Below, piece by piece: positions 1-12,977 of a stretch of DNA of 64,000 nucleotides. How positions within the stretch are numbered: the stretch's first letter is position 1; each line of letters begins with the position of its first letter. Position numbers and translations under genes: made by a program. The stretch is from positions 1 through 64,000 of the forward strand of contig MCFE01000030.1 in NCBI GenBank assembly GCA_002104905.1, in the 5' to 3' direction. The notes under the pieces are model-generated. The model did no database searches. It worked only from the letters and a program-made list of their open reading frames with translations, and had not been told where the DNA came from. The stretch comes from Basidiobolus meristosporus CBS 931.73 (lineage: Eukaryota > Fungi > Basidiobolomycota).

Positions 1-144
1 ATTTTTATATTTACCCCTGATGAGCTTTACTTTAGCAAAACAAACATTAGAGATGAAACAAAACATAAATTAGACTACTTATTAGAGAGGTTTTAGACCT
101 CTTAATTGGCTTCTTTATTTGTAATTAGATTAGTTCTTGACTCA

Positions 145-937
145 AATAAAGATTTCATCAACTTGGTGACTTTCCCTCCCCTATGGTTTATTTTATCACT
201 TCTCAGAATCTATTTTTAGCTGCCATACCTGATCAATTTTCATGTGGTCATTACATACTCAACTGATCTGCTAAGCCTTTCCAAGTGATTAGTCATCTGA
301 GACTTATCCAACCACTTAGCAGTTGCCAAGACATCAGCTGATTAATGATGCAATTTTTCATTTATCTTATGCACCTATCAACACCCCAACAGATTTCAAT
401 TAGTCCAGTCTCTTGACGCTTACTAATGCAACTCAATCAGAAAAAGTATAAATAAAGTTTACTGAACCTTTTGGTTGAGTGTGTCTCAACAAAATTAAGA
501 ACTCAACAAATCCATTCTAGTTTCTACCCAAGCTTAGCATATCTAGCACTCTCAAGAACACCAAGCCTAGCCTGCATGGCAAACCTACTCTGTTGCCTTC
601 ATAGCCCAACTCAGCTATATATAAAACCAATATTAGACCAGAACCTCTCTGCTAATATTTTGGGCACTCTTGACAATTCTAAGATTCTGCACTTAGTTGT
701 CACTTAGGTTCAGTTAACTCATTCAAGAGTTTTATTACACTTTTCTCTTGGATACAACAACTATCATCACTTCTTATTAACTTACCTACAAACTCCCCTC
801 AACTACACACTCTTGTATCAAAGCTACAACAGTAGCGCTGGCTTCTTTGTTTCAACTGAAATAAAGATTTTACCTGTTGGTGACTGTCTCCCCCCTAATA
901 AAGATTTCACCTACCTTGGTGACTTTCCCTCCCCTAA
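145..937. repeat. Dispersed/tandem ~40-bp repeat (AATAAAGATTT..TTGGTGACTTTCCCTCCCCTA), probably a degraded LTR-like remnant
   Basis: One copy at ~145-184 and two tandem copies at ~860-897 and ~898-937. TGGCTTCTTT precedes both loci (~107, ~839). A TATATAAA lies near 616, in AT-rich sequence with no credible ORF. Confidence 0.6.
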
Positions 938-1457
938 CCCTCATCCCCACTACTCTAAGTGGAGTATAGTTGATCTTTGATTATTACTTCAGGTGGCCTT
1001 CTCTGGCCTCAAATACAACATATTCCCATTCTTCACCAAGGGGGTCAAGTAAATCAGAAATTTACAGAAAACTCTTTGTGGCACAAATCAAAATCAAAGT
1101 GAACCTGGTGGCATTTGTGCTATCTTGGGGTGGAATACCCCATTGATAGTTTCATCTTGTAGTAGATGCTTACAATCTCCCTTTGGTTGGCTGCGTCATA
1201 AACTCCCCCTCCATAATGAACTGATTAGTTGTTCGCCGCTGTTTATTTTCAGAGATATATGAATACTAAGAGATCCCAGCAGTTTATTTCAATATGTTAA
1301 TGAAGCCATGATGATAAACTATGCAGTTGCCATAGGATCCCGTGGATTGTGACTCATTCAGTAGTAATCAAACAACCCTTCGAGGTCTTCAGACATCTTT
1401 GTTTGCTATGACCTTTCCAATGGCTTCTACATATGCAACGTTTATTATTACACGAGT

Positions 1458-2661
1458 CTACAGTGGGAAATAGCACCCATTCATCTCATATATGACACCA
1501 GACATAATAAGCTTGTGAAAATAGGATTAGTAAGAATATCGGAAACGATGGGAATAGCTACACATACATTAGATACACTTGTCTGTAACGTAACACTGTC
1601 AGACAGAACAAATTCTTTTTTGAGTTTATCGAAGGAAATTCCACACATTTGTGTACGAATGTATGTTTCCAATTCAGACTCTATTGCATCTGGAACGCCC
1701 GTAAATTAGTTACGAATCCCTGAAGTGCAGCGAACAGGAGTCACTTACCCGTATTTGTACCCAATAAATCTCCTTCAAATTCGTCTTGCTGCATTGCCTG
1801 TGGAAATAGCACTGTCTTGTGTGAATCATCGACTGTTTGGTTTAGCGACATAATAGGCGACCATTTTTCGGGCGCTATCTTAGATGCACGCGCGGTGGGA
1901 GTAAGAATATGTGCTTGATTCGCGGCAGTCATGGAATCCTTTAATGCTGAGTCAACCTCCTGGAATATAGAAGCAAAGTAATGCTCTCGATATAACATAA
2001 TGGTTTCCAAGGGCCGAAGTATCTCGTATGTGGTATCTTCCTTGAGATCAAACCTGTGCAAGGCAAACAGTCAGGATTGCAATAAAGGAGTAATGGCGGA
2101 GTGTGCTGTCATATCCGATAAAATGACCGCTCCTGAATCTGCATGATATGTTACTTACCCGTAACTTTCGATCCATCGTGGACGTCCTTCAACCTCTCGA
2201 AGATATCCCAAAAACTCTATCAAGTCGCCAGTTTTCCAACCCCCATTAGGCATACCTAGCCGGTGAGGGACCAATATAGATATAACTCCCGAAGTATCAT
2301 CTAAATCATAAAGTAAGCAGAGTGGACGGATTAACCTCAATTCCACTATTTTCCACAAACTCCAGTATGTACCAACCTAAATAACACCAAAAGCCACTCT
2401 TGTCTTTCTCTACTTGCACTATGGTCCCACACAGCCTGAGAGCAGAGTGTTAGGAAAGGCATTTTAAGGCTGAAACGTAGTGCTCTATTAGCCACAAATG
2501 GCCATAGGGACACCGCAACGGGGATTTCTCTCTTACCGAACTTTCTGGAACTCGAAACTCGGCTGTCCGAATATAAATCTGTCCCCGTTACGTCTAACGG
2601 CATGTAAGTCTTTGACAAATAACACTCGGTGCACGCTAAGCTCGTTGGCAAGCCTGGTCAT
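1458..2661 (-). CDS. STN1/RPA2-like OB-fold ssDNA-binding protein with C-terminal winged helix (multi-exon)
   Basis: Spliced reading: MTRLANELSVHRVLFVKDLH.. / ..LYDLDDTSGVISILV..GDLIEFLGYLREVEG.. / ..EDTTYEILRPLETIMLYREHYF.. / ..SVSN-LIMSGVIYEMNGCYFPL*. The LDDxSG OB motif and LxxxGxIY winged-helix motif fit the family. GT-AG introns have CTAAT branch points. Confidence 0.6.
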
Positions 2662-3273
2662 TTTTTGAGGTGCTTGCTCAAGGATAACATCAATATGAGC
2701 ATTGTGCAGATATCAAAAAAGTGGTCCATGTAAACAAATATCTCGGTATCAAGCGTAAACAATCAAAGTTCAGTGAATTTTTACCCTATTACTGTATTAG
2801 GATCCTGATTGACTGAGCCTGAAGAACACAGTTGATTAAATCTCCCTTGTTTCCCTTAATTTTTGTTCCATAAAGAGTCTACCTAATGGTCAATTGCTAT
2901 ATTGGACTATGCATGTAGTTAGAAATAGACTTCAATGAAAATGGATGTGACTGCCATAACAGCCAATTGGTACCATCGCGGCTGTGCTTGTATGATCCTG
3001 GGCATTATCTGGTCTTGACCTGATGATCCCTCTTTCCTAATTCCTTAATCATGCGAGTTATCCATTCGCCCTCCTTGAATCCTAACACCTCGCTCTGATA
3101 TTGTTCATATTGAGTAATACTCAGTCTTCCCCAGTGCGTCGTCTTACGTTTTTCAACCCCGCCATCTGAGTTTCCAACTTACCGTCTTGTAAAAGTGATT
3201 GTGCATCGTTTTCATCGAACACGGCATATTTGAATCCCTTTCATCTTATTCGCCGTTTGTAATTGACCACGCC

Positions 3274-4848
3274 ATGCCACTTTCGACTCTTTCTTCGCGC
3301 AAGCAGGAGCCCTCAAGATACAAGGACTCTGGCCCTTCACTTTCTCCGGAGAAGTATAAAAAGATGAAGCATAAGCTGAGAGAAGTGTTGGAGGTACTTA
3401 CTTTGTTCTAATATATTCTCCCAAGCACTTCTCAGCCTTGATACGTATACAGCTTTTGGAGTGTTAAAAGCCAGTCACTTGAAATATGCAATATACTTAT
3501 ACCCATCTCAGGAAGTCGATAGACTGGCTGAGCTCATCGAGAAACAGGAGAAGAAGATAAATCGCTTGAAGAAAGAGAACGGGTATCAATGGCGAATTTT
3601 ATCACTCCAGGTGCCTATTGAGCCGCTCTAATACTTACTTAGTATTTTGATAGAGCGACTAGCCAAGATAGAAGACTCGGAGCCTGTATCCAACATATCA
3701 AAACCTCTGAAGACAGCAGTGGAGCCCAATAGTATGCCCCTTTGATATCGTCAGAAAGCCCTGCTTCCCACCTTACTGAAATTGTGAACCATTTTAGTCA
3801 AGAGCCTGAAACGCGAAGCATTGTGCACCGATTCCCCCAACAGCACCAAAGCAGGGAAAGCCAAACGTAAAATAACAAATCCCAAGACTACCAGCGAGGC
3901 AGCCCCGAAAAAAAGAAGGCAGAAACGAATCGAGGTGAAGCCGCGGAGGGTGCAAGACTTGCCTAGGAACTCTGAGGGTGAATACGCTCTTCCGGTTCAG
4001 GTTGGGGTTCTTACTGTCATCGACTTGGGAACCATCGTGCATGACCGCAATACTTTCCACAACGAGCGGTATATATGGCCAGTTGGGTTCACTGTTCAAA
4101 GGTACCAGGAAGTATCCTCGGTGTGGTTGCCCTGATGCTCATAATTCACCAATTGTGTAGGTCTTATGCAAGCATGGTGGACCCTGAAAGTCAGACTATT
4201 TATGTATGCAAAATATCTGATGGAGGCGATGGGCCAAAGGTAGCTAGTTTATCTCGCCATTGCCCGATACTATTAAGTAACCTGCCTTCCAAGTTTCATA
4301 TTGAACCTGAGGACCAACCCGACAACCCTATCATAGCCAACACCGCCACAGGAGCATGGACAACTGTAGTCAAAGCGGTCAATACTGTCCGCAAGAGGGA
4401 ACACAGCAACTCGGCATCGGGGCCAGACTACTTCGGTTTTTCGCATCCGACCATCGCGAAAATGATTCAGGATATGCCAAACGCTGACAAGTGCCAACAA
4501 TACATTTGGCAACAGTTTATTGTCATGGCGGGCCGGGGCCCCGGCTCAAGAAAGGCCACTAATGCCTCCTCCGACATCAAGTCGAATGGCAAAAACAGAC
4601 AGCAAACATCCTCTGTGAAGATCGAGGATACTGAAGCCACCAGCGAGGTTGAGCAGGAAGTCATCGGATCGGACGAGTCAGAGCCAGAAGACCTTGAGCT
4701 GGTGGCGGAGCAGCCTCCCATTCGACATACACATGGTGGCAAAAAGCCACTCTCGTCGATTATGAGAAGAGGCGGTGGCTTTTCGTCGATGTCATCTAAT
4801 GACGACTCCGAAGATGGCTCTGAATCCGAGTCGGAGTTATCGGAGTAG
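3274..4848 (+). CDS. FYRN/FYRC-domain protein (TBRG1-like) with N-terminal coiled coil (multi-exon)
   Basis: FYRN-like LPVQVGVLTVIDLG..FHNERYIWPVGF and FYRC-like ATGAWTTVV..SGPDYFGFSHPTIAKMIQDMPNADKC. ATG at 3274; acidic tail ends at stop 4848. Confidence 0.85.
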
Positions 4849-5431
4849 GGCTTATCGCAGCCGTGCTATAATCCTTAGTATTTTTGAAAAGTCTTCACTC
4901 GGGAAATGAATAGCTAACCCACAAATACCACCTGTGTTTGATTCTTTTCACCAGGGCTGTCGTGGCCTCCTTCGGATACTGCTTTGACACCGGTTCCCCA
5001 TCCAATACATTCTTAATATTTGTAAATACTATCAATATATGCTTCCCGTATCTCCATCATGTATACGATGCCTCCTATTTATTTATATTTGTAGCGCAAC
5101 ACTCTTCAGCTAACGAGCCAATCCCAATTAAAAGTATATCCATCTTAGCCACAACCACCATCTGTCCTGAGCTAGTTACGATGCGAGCGGCACAGAACCT
5201 ATCTACCTTCCTGAAGCAAATCGCACTTTATTACCTTAGAATCGACTGGGTTGCGAGCAGCCGGCATCGCCGTTGCCATTTGAAAATCAAAGCGAGAATA
5301 ATGTGCCTCTGGGCGAACAAAGGGGGTGGTTTCAAGAAAACGCAAGAAAGATACGACTTTATACATGATCACACGGGAGATAAACATAAAAGAGAAGCGG
5401 GTTATTTAAACGAAGAAAAGTATACATGAAT

Positions 5432-8400
5432 TCAACTGGTGGACAACTTTAAGTAGGACTCTAATAACTTCTTTTGCGACAATGTGAGCTTCGGTAACAC
5501 CTTTTCATCTAACGTGCTTTGGTCTAGGACTGAGCACAGCGACACCATTGATTCCACAACTGACTTCCGAACCACGGGCTTGGGGCTCTTCCATGCTCGA
5601 CAAACAAGTTGCATAACATCCTCTATCGTGGTGTTGACGCTCGAGACTTCCACCTTAAGAAGCAAGCGCTTCAGGATGTGGAATGCTGAGGCGGTGGACA
5701 TGGATGGCAAACTTTCCGATTCGATGTTCTTTTTGAGCCAGTTGTACAATGATGTATAACCTGCCTGCGGTGATACAAACATAATAAACGATTCCATTGC
5801 ATTCTCAGCAGCATATTGGGGCTCAGCCCAGCTACTGGAACCGTGCTCTAGCAGAAGCCCTAGCACTGCGTCTACGTTGGGTTCGGTAAAGAATACTGAT
5901 TGATAAGTTATTAAATGCTTCAGTAGTACTAGGCAATGTTCTTTGAGTTCTGGGCGAGAAGAGTTGGTAAGGAAGCTTGAAATGGAATCAAGAATTCTTG
6001 TGATGGTATCCGATTCAATCCAAATATACTTCGCTTGGGTCTCGGCAGAGGGGGTTTCCCGAGAAATTCTACACAGCTTGCGGAAAGTCCAAGTGTCGGC
6101 AGAGCCGGAGGCAATTCTATCGGCCAATGAATGTAATAACTCATTCTGGTCTTGTTGAGCAGTGGGAAGAGGCGAGGCTGCACCCATTTGATCTAACCGC
6201 TTTTGCAAAATTGCATTAGCATCAAAATTGGTAGCGGATAAGTCGCACTCGTAGGATGGAATCTCAAACAGAGTGTCATGAAGAGTACGTGTTGGCGTAG
6301 ACGGGATAGAATCAGTTGAAGAACTGATGGAGGTGGCAGGTCTGTCCGATCCAGCATTGTTGCCCTCCGCATCGTCTAAGGCATCACTAGCGCTGCGTTT
6401 CTTCGAATTCGTTTGCGGAGTGAGGGATGATGCAGGTACGACGTTTTCTTTATCAGTCTCCATCTCTTCAGGCTGATCTGCCTCCATGTCTTCTTGATCT
6501 TCGTCCTCTGCATCTTCATTCTCTTCCTCTTGCTGATCCCTGGCATCAAAGTACTGAGTATGTTGAAGATCATCGTCGTCTAAGGCCTCCTCCTCTTCTT
6601 CTTCTTCTTCTTCTAGCTGTAATTCACTTCGTTCGAAAAGTTCACCCACATCATCATTATTGATGGAATCCTTGGGCAATTCGTTGATTTCCATAGACTC
6701 GACGACGTCTATTTTCTCTTGATGAATTTCAACCACTTCCTCGACTACAACAGATTCAGTAACTTGAAGACTATCATGCAACTCCACTCCGTTGCATTCC
6801 GTAGTAGAGGGCTCCACATCGGGAGCCATTAGAGCATCTATTTTCTTGGCCAGGTGAGAATCTACCTCCGACAACACTTCACGAGAGGCTTCTCTGTCGA
6901 AATTCAACAACTTCACGATAAAATTCCGAACAATGCCGAAGGTTGGGGCGGTATCAGGAACGGAATCAAAATAATCGATCATTTTCATCAAGTACTCTTT
7001 CAAGCATCCCTTCTCAGAGAAGTACGCCTTGGCCAGGTTCTCTTCATCTTCGGAGTTTCCACGACAAGCAAAATCCAGGATCTCTTCCATCCACTCAATC
7101 ACTCGCACTAGACTACGCTTCTTTTCCGCAATGGTGGAAGCACCGCCGCGGTATCCTCGTAGGCCACCTGGAGTCTTCAAAAGTTGCAAAATCTCTAGCA
7201 ACAAGTGTGCGCATTCATCTTTCGAGACGACAGATTTGAAGGGCTCCAAGGCGTAATGAGCCTCACCGCCGTCAGGAAGCTGACATACGAGCAAGATCAA
7301 TAATTGATCCATTGGAACCACCTGAGAGATTACATCCATAACTTCTGGGCGTGAAAATATCTGAGTAATCTGCACTTCAGATTGACACAATAGATCCAGC
7401 AACAAGGGTGCAACTTGTTCGGTGTCGGGCAACCCACCAGACGAATCTTTGCTGGTAAATTGCTCACCAGTATAAGCCAAATATATGTTCTCTACACCCG
7501 CTGCGCGTACTGCTGGATCTTCATGCTTCAACTGGTCTAGTAAAGAGAGTCTGCGAAGGAAGAAATCTATCCGAGATGGAGTGTTGACTGAGGGACGCTT
7601 GCTTAAGCTACTGCCTGATGGCGTGCTGATGTCGCCAGATGTGACACTAGGTGTAGGTGAAGGGTTGCGCTCGAATATAGGATTGTTGATCTTATCGGGA
7701 GATAAAGTGGTAGGCTTGGGTAGCTTCATATCTTTAGGCGACCCACCTCTCGATGGAGTCATCTGGCTTTCTACCGGTGAGGAGGGTGTATCGTCCGAGT
7801 GGGCCTTGAGTGGTTGAGCAGATGTGGGCTCTGCGCTGCTCTCATAATTAAGAAGGGGAGGCTGGCCTTCATTGTAACACGGTGTTTGGTTGTTTCCCGG
7901 TGATAACGTCGGGGTCTTGGAAAGAAACAACTCCGTTTCTGGAGATAGTTGTAGAGCTGCAATTGAGCGGTGAACAGGCGTTACAGCCGGGTGTGCTTGT
8001 CCCATATTATTGGTTGGCTGGGGTGAATCCATAGGAGAAGCCTCGGAAATGCTAGTGTTCTCGACAAGAGTGGTACTAGGGATCTCGTACGGTGAAAACC
8101 TCTGGGGCGGCTTGGGTGGAAGCTTGGTCGGAGAAGGAATCTTGGTTGAGGATTTCATTAGCTTCTTCTTTGCTGTGGTTTTGGAATCGAAGCCAAATCT
8201 GTTGGTAGAAGGGGTTTGAGCTTTAACTGCTGAATAAGGGCCGGAGATGGATTTGCTCTTCTGACGCGCCAATAGCTTCTGTGTTGAAGGATCCAATGTA
8301 TTGCGGATAGCTTCACCTCTGACCTTCCAAATATTCCAGAAAGTCCAGAAGAGGTCTCGGCTAGATTCTCGAACCTGAGGATTGGCATCTGCTATTCCCT

Positions 8401-10202
8401 TACGAATACACTTTTCCAATATCTCCAGACCCCCACCGCGCTCAATCGTCTGTGCCTGTGACTCAAAGGTATCTAGTATCGTTTTCAAATACCCAACAGT
8501 GAACCCACGTAGTTGGACGTTCTTATCGGACATGGCAGCTGATAGAGTATTTAGGGTTCTTCCATGGTAAGAGGTGGACCGGAGGATGACCTTGGTGGTT
8601 TTGAATGAGGCTTGTGCCACGATCCTTTTGGTTTGGATACCCAACTTGAGCAGATTAGTCAAAGTAATATCCAAATAAGGATCGAGCATGGTCCCCAACG
8701 TTTTTCCCATATCTTGAAGTAGATTCAAGGTAGTGACGGCCAGAGTGGTTCTCAAAGTATGTATCGAGTCTAAAATCTTTGGAAGCAGAGCCCTTAACCC
8801 TTGCGCCATTACCGCATTGTATTTGGATGGTGCGTCTCCGTGAACAATACCGGATAGCCTTTTCAATGCCTTTTCGCGCGACTCCCAGTTTTCTTCGGTC
8901 TCTTTTCCGTTGAATTTGCTAGCGATTTTCAGAAGTTCGTTTTCGAATTCTTTGGAATCGTAAAATTGAATCGCATCAACCTCAATATCAGAAGCGACAG
9001 GGGTGCTTCTTCCGGAAGTAGGCAGATCGCCGCTGCTTTGGATTTCTGTGGATGACAAATGCGATTCGGTTTCTGAGTCTGCTAAGGAAATATCACTTGA
9101 GCTATGGCTTGAGTCTGAGGAGCTACGAGAACGCTTTTTGTGCAGATTGGAAACAGGGACTGAAAGATTTCCCTCGGATGTGGCTGCATTGAATACACGA
9201 CTACTTATATACTCTGCAATTCCAGAGCGGATTTTGTTCTTCTGCATTTCCTTTCTCAGGTGTTGCTTAATATGTGGTGGAGCAGAGCTACAAGTAGTTT
9301 GTTAGGCCATGCCATAGCTAGTGTCGACCTTTTCAATATTAGAAATTACCTGAAGAGTAAGACCAAGGCCTCTTTGCTGCACTCTCTTACGGGATCTTGA
9401 GAATCTTCCAGCAGCTTTACCATGTACGGTACGTATGGCTTCAGGCTGAAGTCTGGTATTGACTTGACACAGAGCAGAATCCATGACACCAGCTGTGAAG
9501 ACACGAATATGTTAGGCGTCTTTCGAGGCCTGGATGAGATTATATACTACAGTTACCTGCTCACGAACTCTCCATGTTTTATGATTGAAACCATGGGATT
9601 TGATTTCCTTCTCAAAATAGGTGATGGCAACTTGGGCCGCATTCAACGACTTCGAGTTAGGCTTCGGTGTATTAGTGATGGAACCGGAATCGGCGGTAAC
9701 CACTATTGTCTGCCATAGCTCTACCAGACAACGTAATGCCTCTTGCCTGACTTTCTCTTTATTGTCACCCAGTCGGTCTAGCAAAGCTGGAAAGAGTACG
9801 GACGAGTATGCTTTCAAGAGTTGTGGATGGTATGTTCCAAGCTGGTGAAGTAATGAGCCGATCACTGCGACCGCTGCGACCGAGAGGTTTACCTGCGGGG
9901 ATTTGGCAGCATGTGTAATCCCACTAGTTGCTTCATCAAGAAGCTTGGGCTGTGGTAATAATAAAGATAAGTACAGGGCTCCCTCAAATGAAGCAAGCTA
10001 TTATATGCGTGTTAGTTACCTCAAAGGTGTGTTTGGCGTCACGATTTTGGGCTTCAAACTCGTACAAAGTATTGATTTTGAGCTCGTGATCTAAGGTGCA
10101 AGAGCATTAATATCAGGGGCAAAGTGCGACATTTTTGAGATCCAACATACTTGTGCCTTTCAGTATGGAAATCAAGGCTTCCAGGGTGATGATTTCGGAC
10201 AT
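5432..10202 (-). CDS. STU1: CLASP/Stu1 microtubule-stabilising TOG-domain protein (multi-exon)
   Basis: Starts MSEIITLEALISILKG, then LLDRLGDNKEKVR (TOG1) and KETEENWESREKAL..TLRTTLA..ADANPQVR (CLASP_N/TOG2). An S/P-rich linker leads to the C-terminal CLIP-binding-like PVVRKSVVESMV. Confidence 0.93.
6586..6614 (-). repeat. Coding (GAA/GAG)n trinucleotide run encoding poly-Glu in CLASP
   Basis: cctcctcctcttcttcttcttcttcttct on the + strand reads as EEEEEEEEE on the - strand. Confidence 0.9.
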
Positions 10203-11371
10203 TCGACTCCTCTCGCGGTAAATTGTTCTAATACTTTGGATGGCTGTTGTGGTATGAAGGCGGAGAATTATCGATAGAGCAGTAGATAGTGAATATTATT
10301 CTCCAAGCTGTGACAAATAAATATGTGGACGAGCAAGTTCACTACAGAGTAAACCGTAACGATGAAGGATAGAACAAGTCAATAATTATGCGAGGTTCAG
10401 GAAGCTCAGATGATTAATTTCCAAACAAGTGTTTTGTTTATTTGTTATAGTGGAGGATTTATCCAATCAATTGATCCAATTTCATTTATTATGAAGAAAA
10501 AAAGTTTCCTAGCTGGAATTCATAATAATGTGGTTCATAGAAAATCGTTATGAGATTGGTAATTACTTCCGATATTCACCACATCATTCTAGATCCCACA
10601 TTTTACCAGATATAGTGATGCGGTCGTTCGGCTATGTTTGTCAAATCTTAGGTCTGTTAAGTGTGGCCCTTGCTAAAGCATAGTGGGACATGCAATGAGG
10701 ACGGTCCACTTGGTCAGATCATAACACGTAACCATCACTGCTGATGTTATAGGCTTACAAACTAATCTCACCAGCATTCATCATGTTTATTTTTGTGAAA
10801 GGATATCAAGTTCATGAATATTCTATAATGAAAGCAATTGGGCCAATGCTTTCCCGACTTCTACTGTTACAAATATTTGGTGTTGGTCCTATAACACAGA
10901 CGGAAAAGCATTAGAAAACCCGCACATTGCTTTCTCTGGCCTTTCACGAACCATTCCTGAATTGCCATTTCTCACGTCGTAGCCCCCAGTGCTGGAATAT
11001 GAGATTATGTTGGTGATATTAAGGAGGATATATAATATTTTCAGATTTATCTTGAGGAATTTGTGGAGCGAGTTTTGCTGTATGTACAAAATATGCAGCA
11101 TCTTTACATATTCCGCAAGAATTGATATGATGATGTTTCGAGATTAAATTTAGATGATGAATATATATGAAAATCTGACTCATTGTAGGAGTAACCATCA
11201 TCTCAAAAATATAATGTTTTATGAGAAATAATATGGACCAAGATATATAGCATACAGTTAGCTTAGTAACTAGCTACTGTCATTGTTTGGGAAGATGTTG
11301 GAGACATTGGTAGAACTGGAATGATTTTATGAGACTCATGCATTACCGAGCACAAATAGGACACTTAAAAT

Positions 11372-11583
11372 CGTTGTAAATTTTATAATTACACCTAAAT
11401 ATTCACCTAACTGGGTCACTTAGTCATTACTTACAAATCTATAAACATATTGTACGTGCTTTCTTTGCCAGGACCATTTACAAGTATAAATACTACTTTT
11501 ACATTCAATAAATCATCAAGTGAAAGCCGCATAACCTACTTGTACTCCCAATGACTTCCGGTATCTCCAAGACTCTTACAACA
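11372..11583 (+). mobile_element. Solo LTR copy A (internally deleted, ~212 bp)
   Basis: Termini (C)GTTGTAA..CTCTTACAACA, with TATAAATA and AATAAA inside. It is the reverse complement of copy B except for a ~135-bp internal deletion. Confidence 0.85.
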
Positions 11584-11906
11584 CTCAGCACCTTTGGAAC
11601 AAATGGATACCTCAATAATGACAATATACCAACTCTTTAAAAGCAAATGAGCATTTAAGCTACTTAAAGTGACCAAGAATATGCCATATTCTACTTCCAA
11701 AAGCATATTAACATTTGTATATCTTACAAGGCAATTTAGCTCAATGTTAAGTGACAAAATATTTCCTCAGGGCTTGGTTCTTAAGAGATAAGCTATTTTC
11801 CTCAATTAGTCAATGCCTGGAAGTAACCAAGATTCTTATACCTGCGCAAAAGACCCCATAGTTTGCATATCACTCCCCCAGTCTTATAAAATCCTGATGA
11901 TATTCT

Positions 11907-12254
11907 TGATACAAGAATCTTGGAGATATTGGAAGTCATGGGGAGTACAAGTAGGTTATGTGGCTTTCACTTGATGATTTATTGAATGTAAAAGTAGTAT
12001 TTATACTTGTACATGGTCTTGGCTAAACAAGCACGTACAATGTGTTTAGAAAGATCCCAAGAACATGTGTGCAAAGTTTGGGGCTGTTTGGACAACTCAT
12101 CAAAATTTCATGATCTGGATACCTGATATTTTGGTGAAAATATTCCAAGTAAATCCCGACCAGGAATTTGGTCAGAATTCTCTGAGATTTGTAAGCAATG
12201 ACTTAAGTGACCAAGTTAGGTGAATATTTAGGTGTAATTACAAAATTTACAACA
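11907..12254 (-). mobile_element. Solo LTR copy B (~348 bp)
   Basis: Runs TGATACAAGAATCTTGGAG..AATTTACAACA and is collinear with the copies at 18529-19159 and 18600-18931. Strand is assigned from the TATA/polyA-signal orientation. Confidence 0.85.
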
Positions 12255-12914
12255 GTGTGAACATGTGAATAATCTTCAAAAGTGTGGTGCTACGAGACAG
12301 GTAAAACACAAGCGATGGATCAGGAACTTGATGGGTCACACTAAACGGGAATCCAACTGTTGAAAAGTCATGCAGTTGGTAATATACCATGGTAATTAGT
12401 GAGTGATCCAACTACCAAAAAAGTATTTGATAAAGTGGAGATCGGTGCAACCGTGGTGAAATCATCCGATTTTAATTTGTGGAGCCGATACTGCAGGCTC
12501 ATGGATTGTGTGAGAATATTTTTGTTGCCGAGGTATTAGGTATTAGGACTCAGTGTTCAGAATGAATTGCGCACACATACGGCCCCCTGGCTCCCAATAT
12601 CACCGGCAAAATGAGTGCCTTCATACGCGCCACCTGATTCTAACCAAAACGTCTGTACACCAAAAAAGTACACGTTTCCACAGGTGTTGCTCAAGTATTC
12701 CCTTTCCTTTTATGGTCGTGAAAGTGTTCTCCGACATCGGCTGTTGATGTATTAGGAAATTGAAAGGTGCAATGTTAATGGAAAATTCAGGAGCTGCAAA
12801 TTAACGATGCACCAATTATGGGCATCGGAAGTAACGGATCTTGGATATGATTCTATTTGATATTCTCGTCCATGATGTGTAATTAACGGATAGCCAAGAA
12901 GCCAGTGCTCGTCA

Positions 12915-12921
12915 TATAAAT
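12915..12921 (+). promoter_or_regulatory. TATA box of GlcNAc-6-P deacetylase gene
   Basis: TATAAAT ~60 nt upstream of the ATG at 12978. Confidence 0.55.
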
Positions 12922-12977
12922 GCACCCAGAGGCCAACGGGAGTCTGGTAAGCGAGCCACCTAACACATCCTTTCACC

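Noticed and set aside
3080-3105. TATCAGAGC (- strand) resembling a tRNA-iMet primer-binding site or a tRNA 3' end
   Set aside because: It lacks the TGG start, has no adjacent LTR end and no cloverleaf, and lies in an ordinary divergent promoter.
4938-5429. 163-aa + strand ORF between the FYR gene and CLASP
   Set aside because: No recognisable motif and a non-ATG start; it lies in convergent 3'UTR space.
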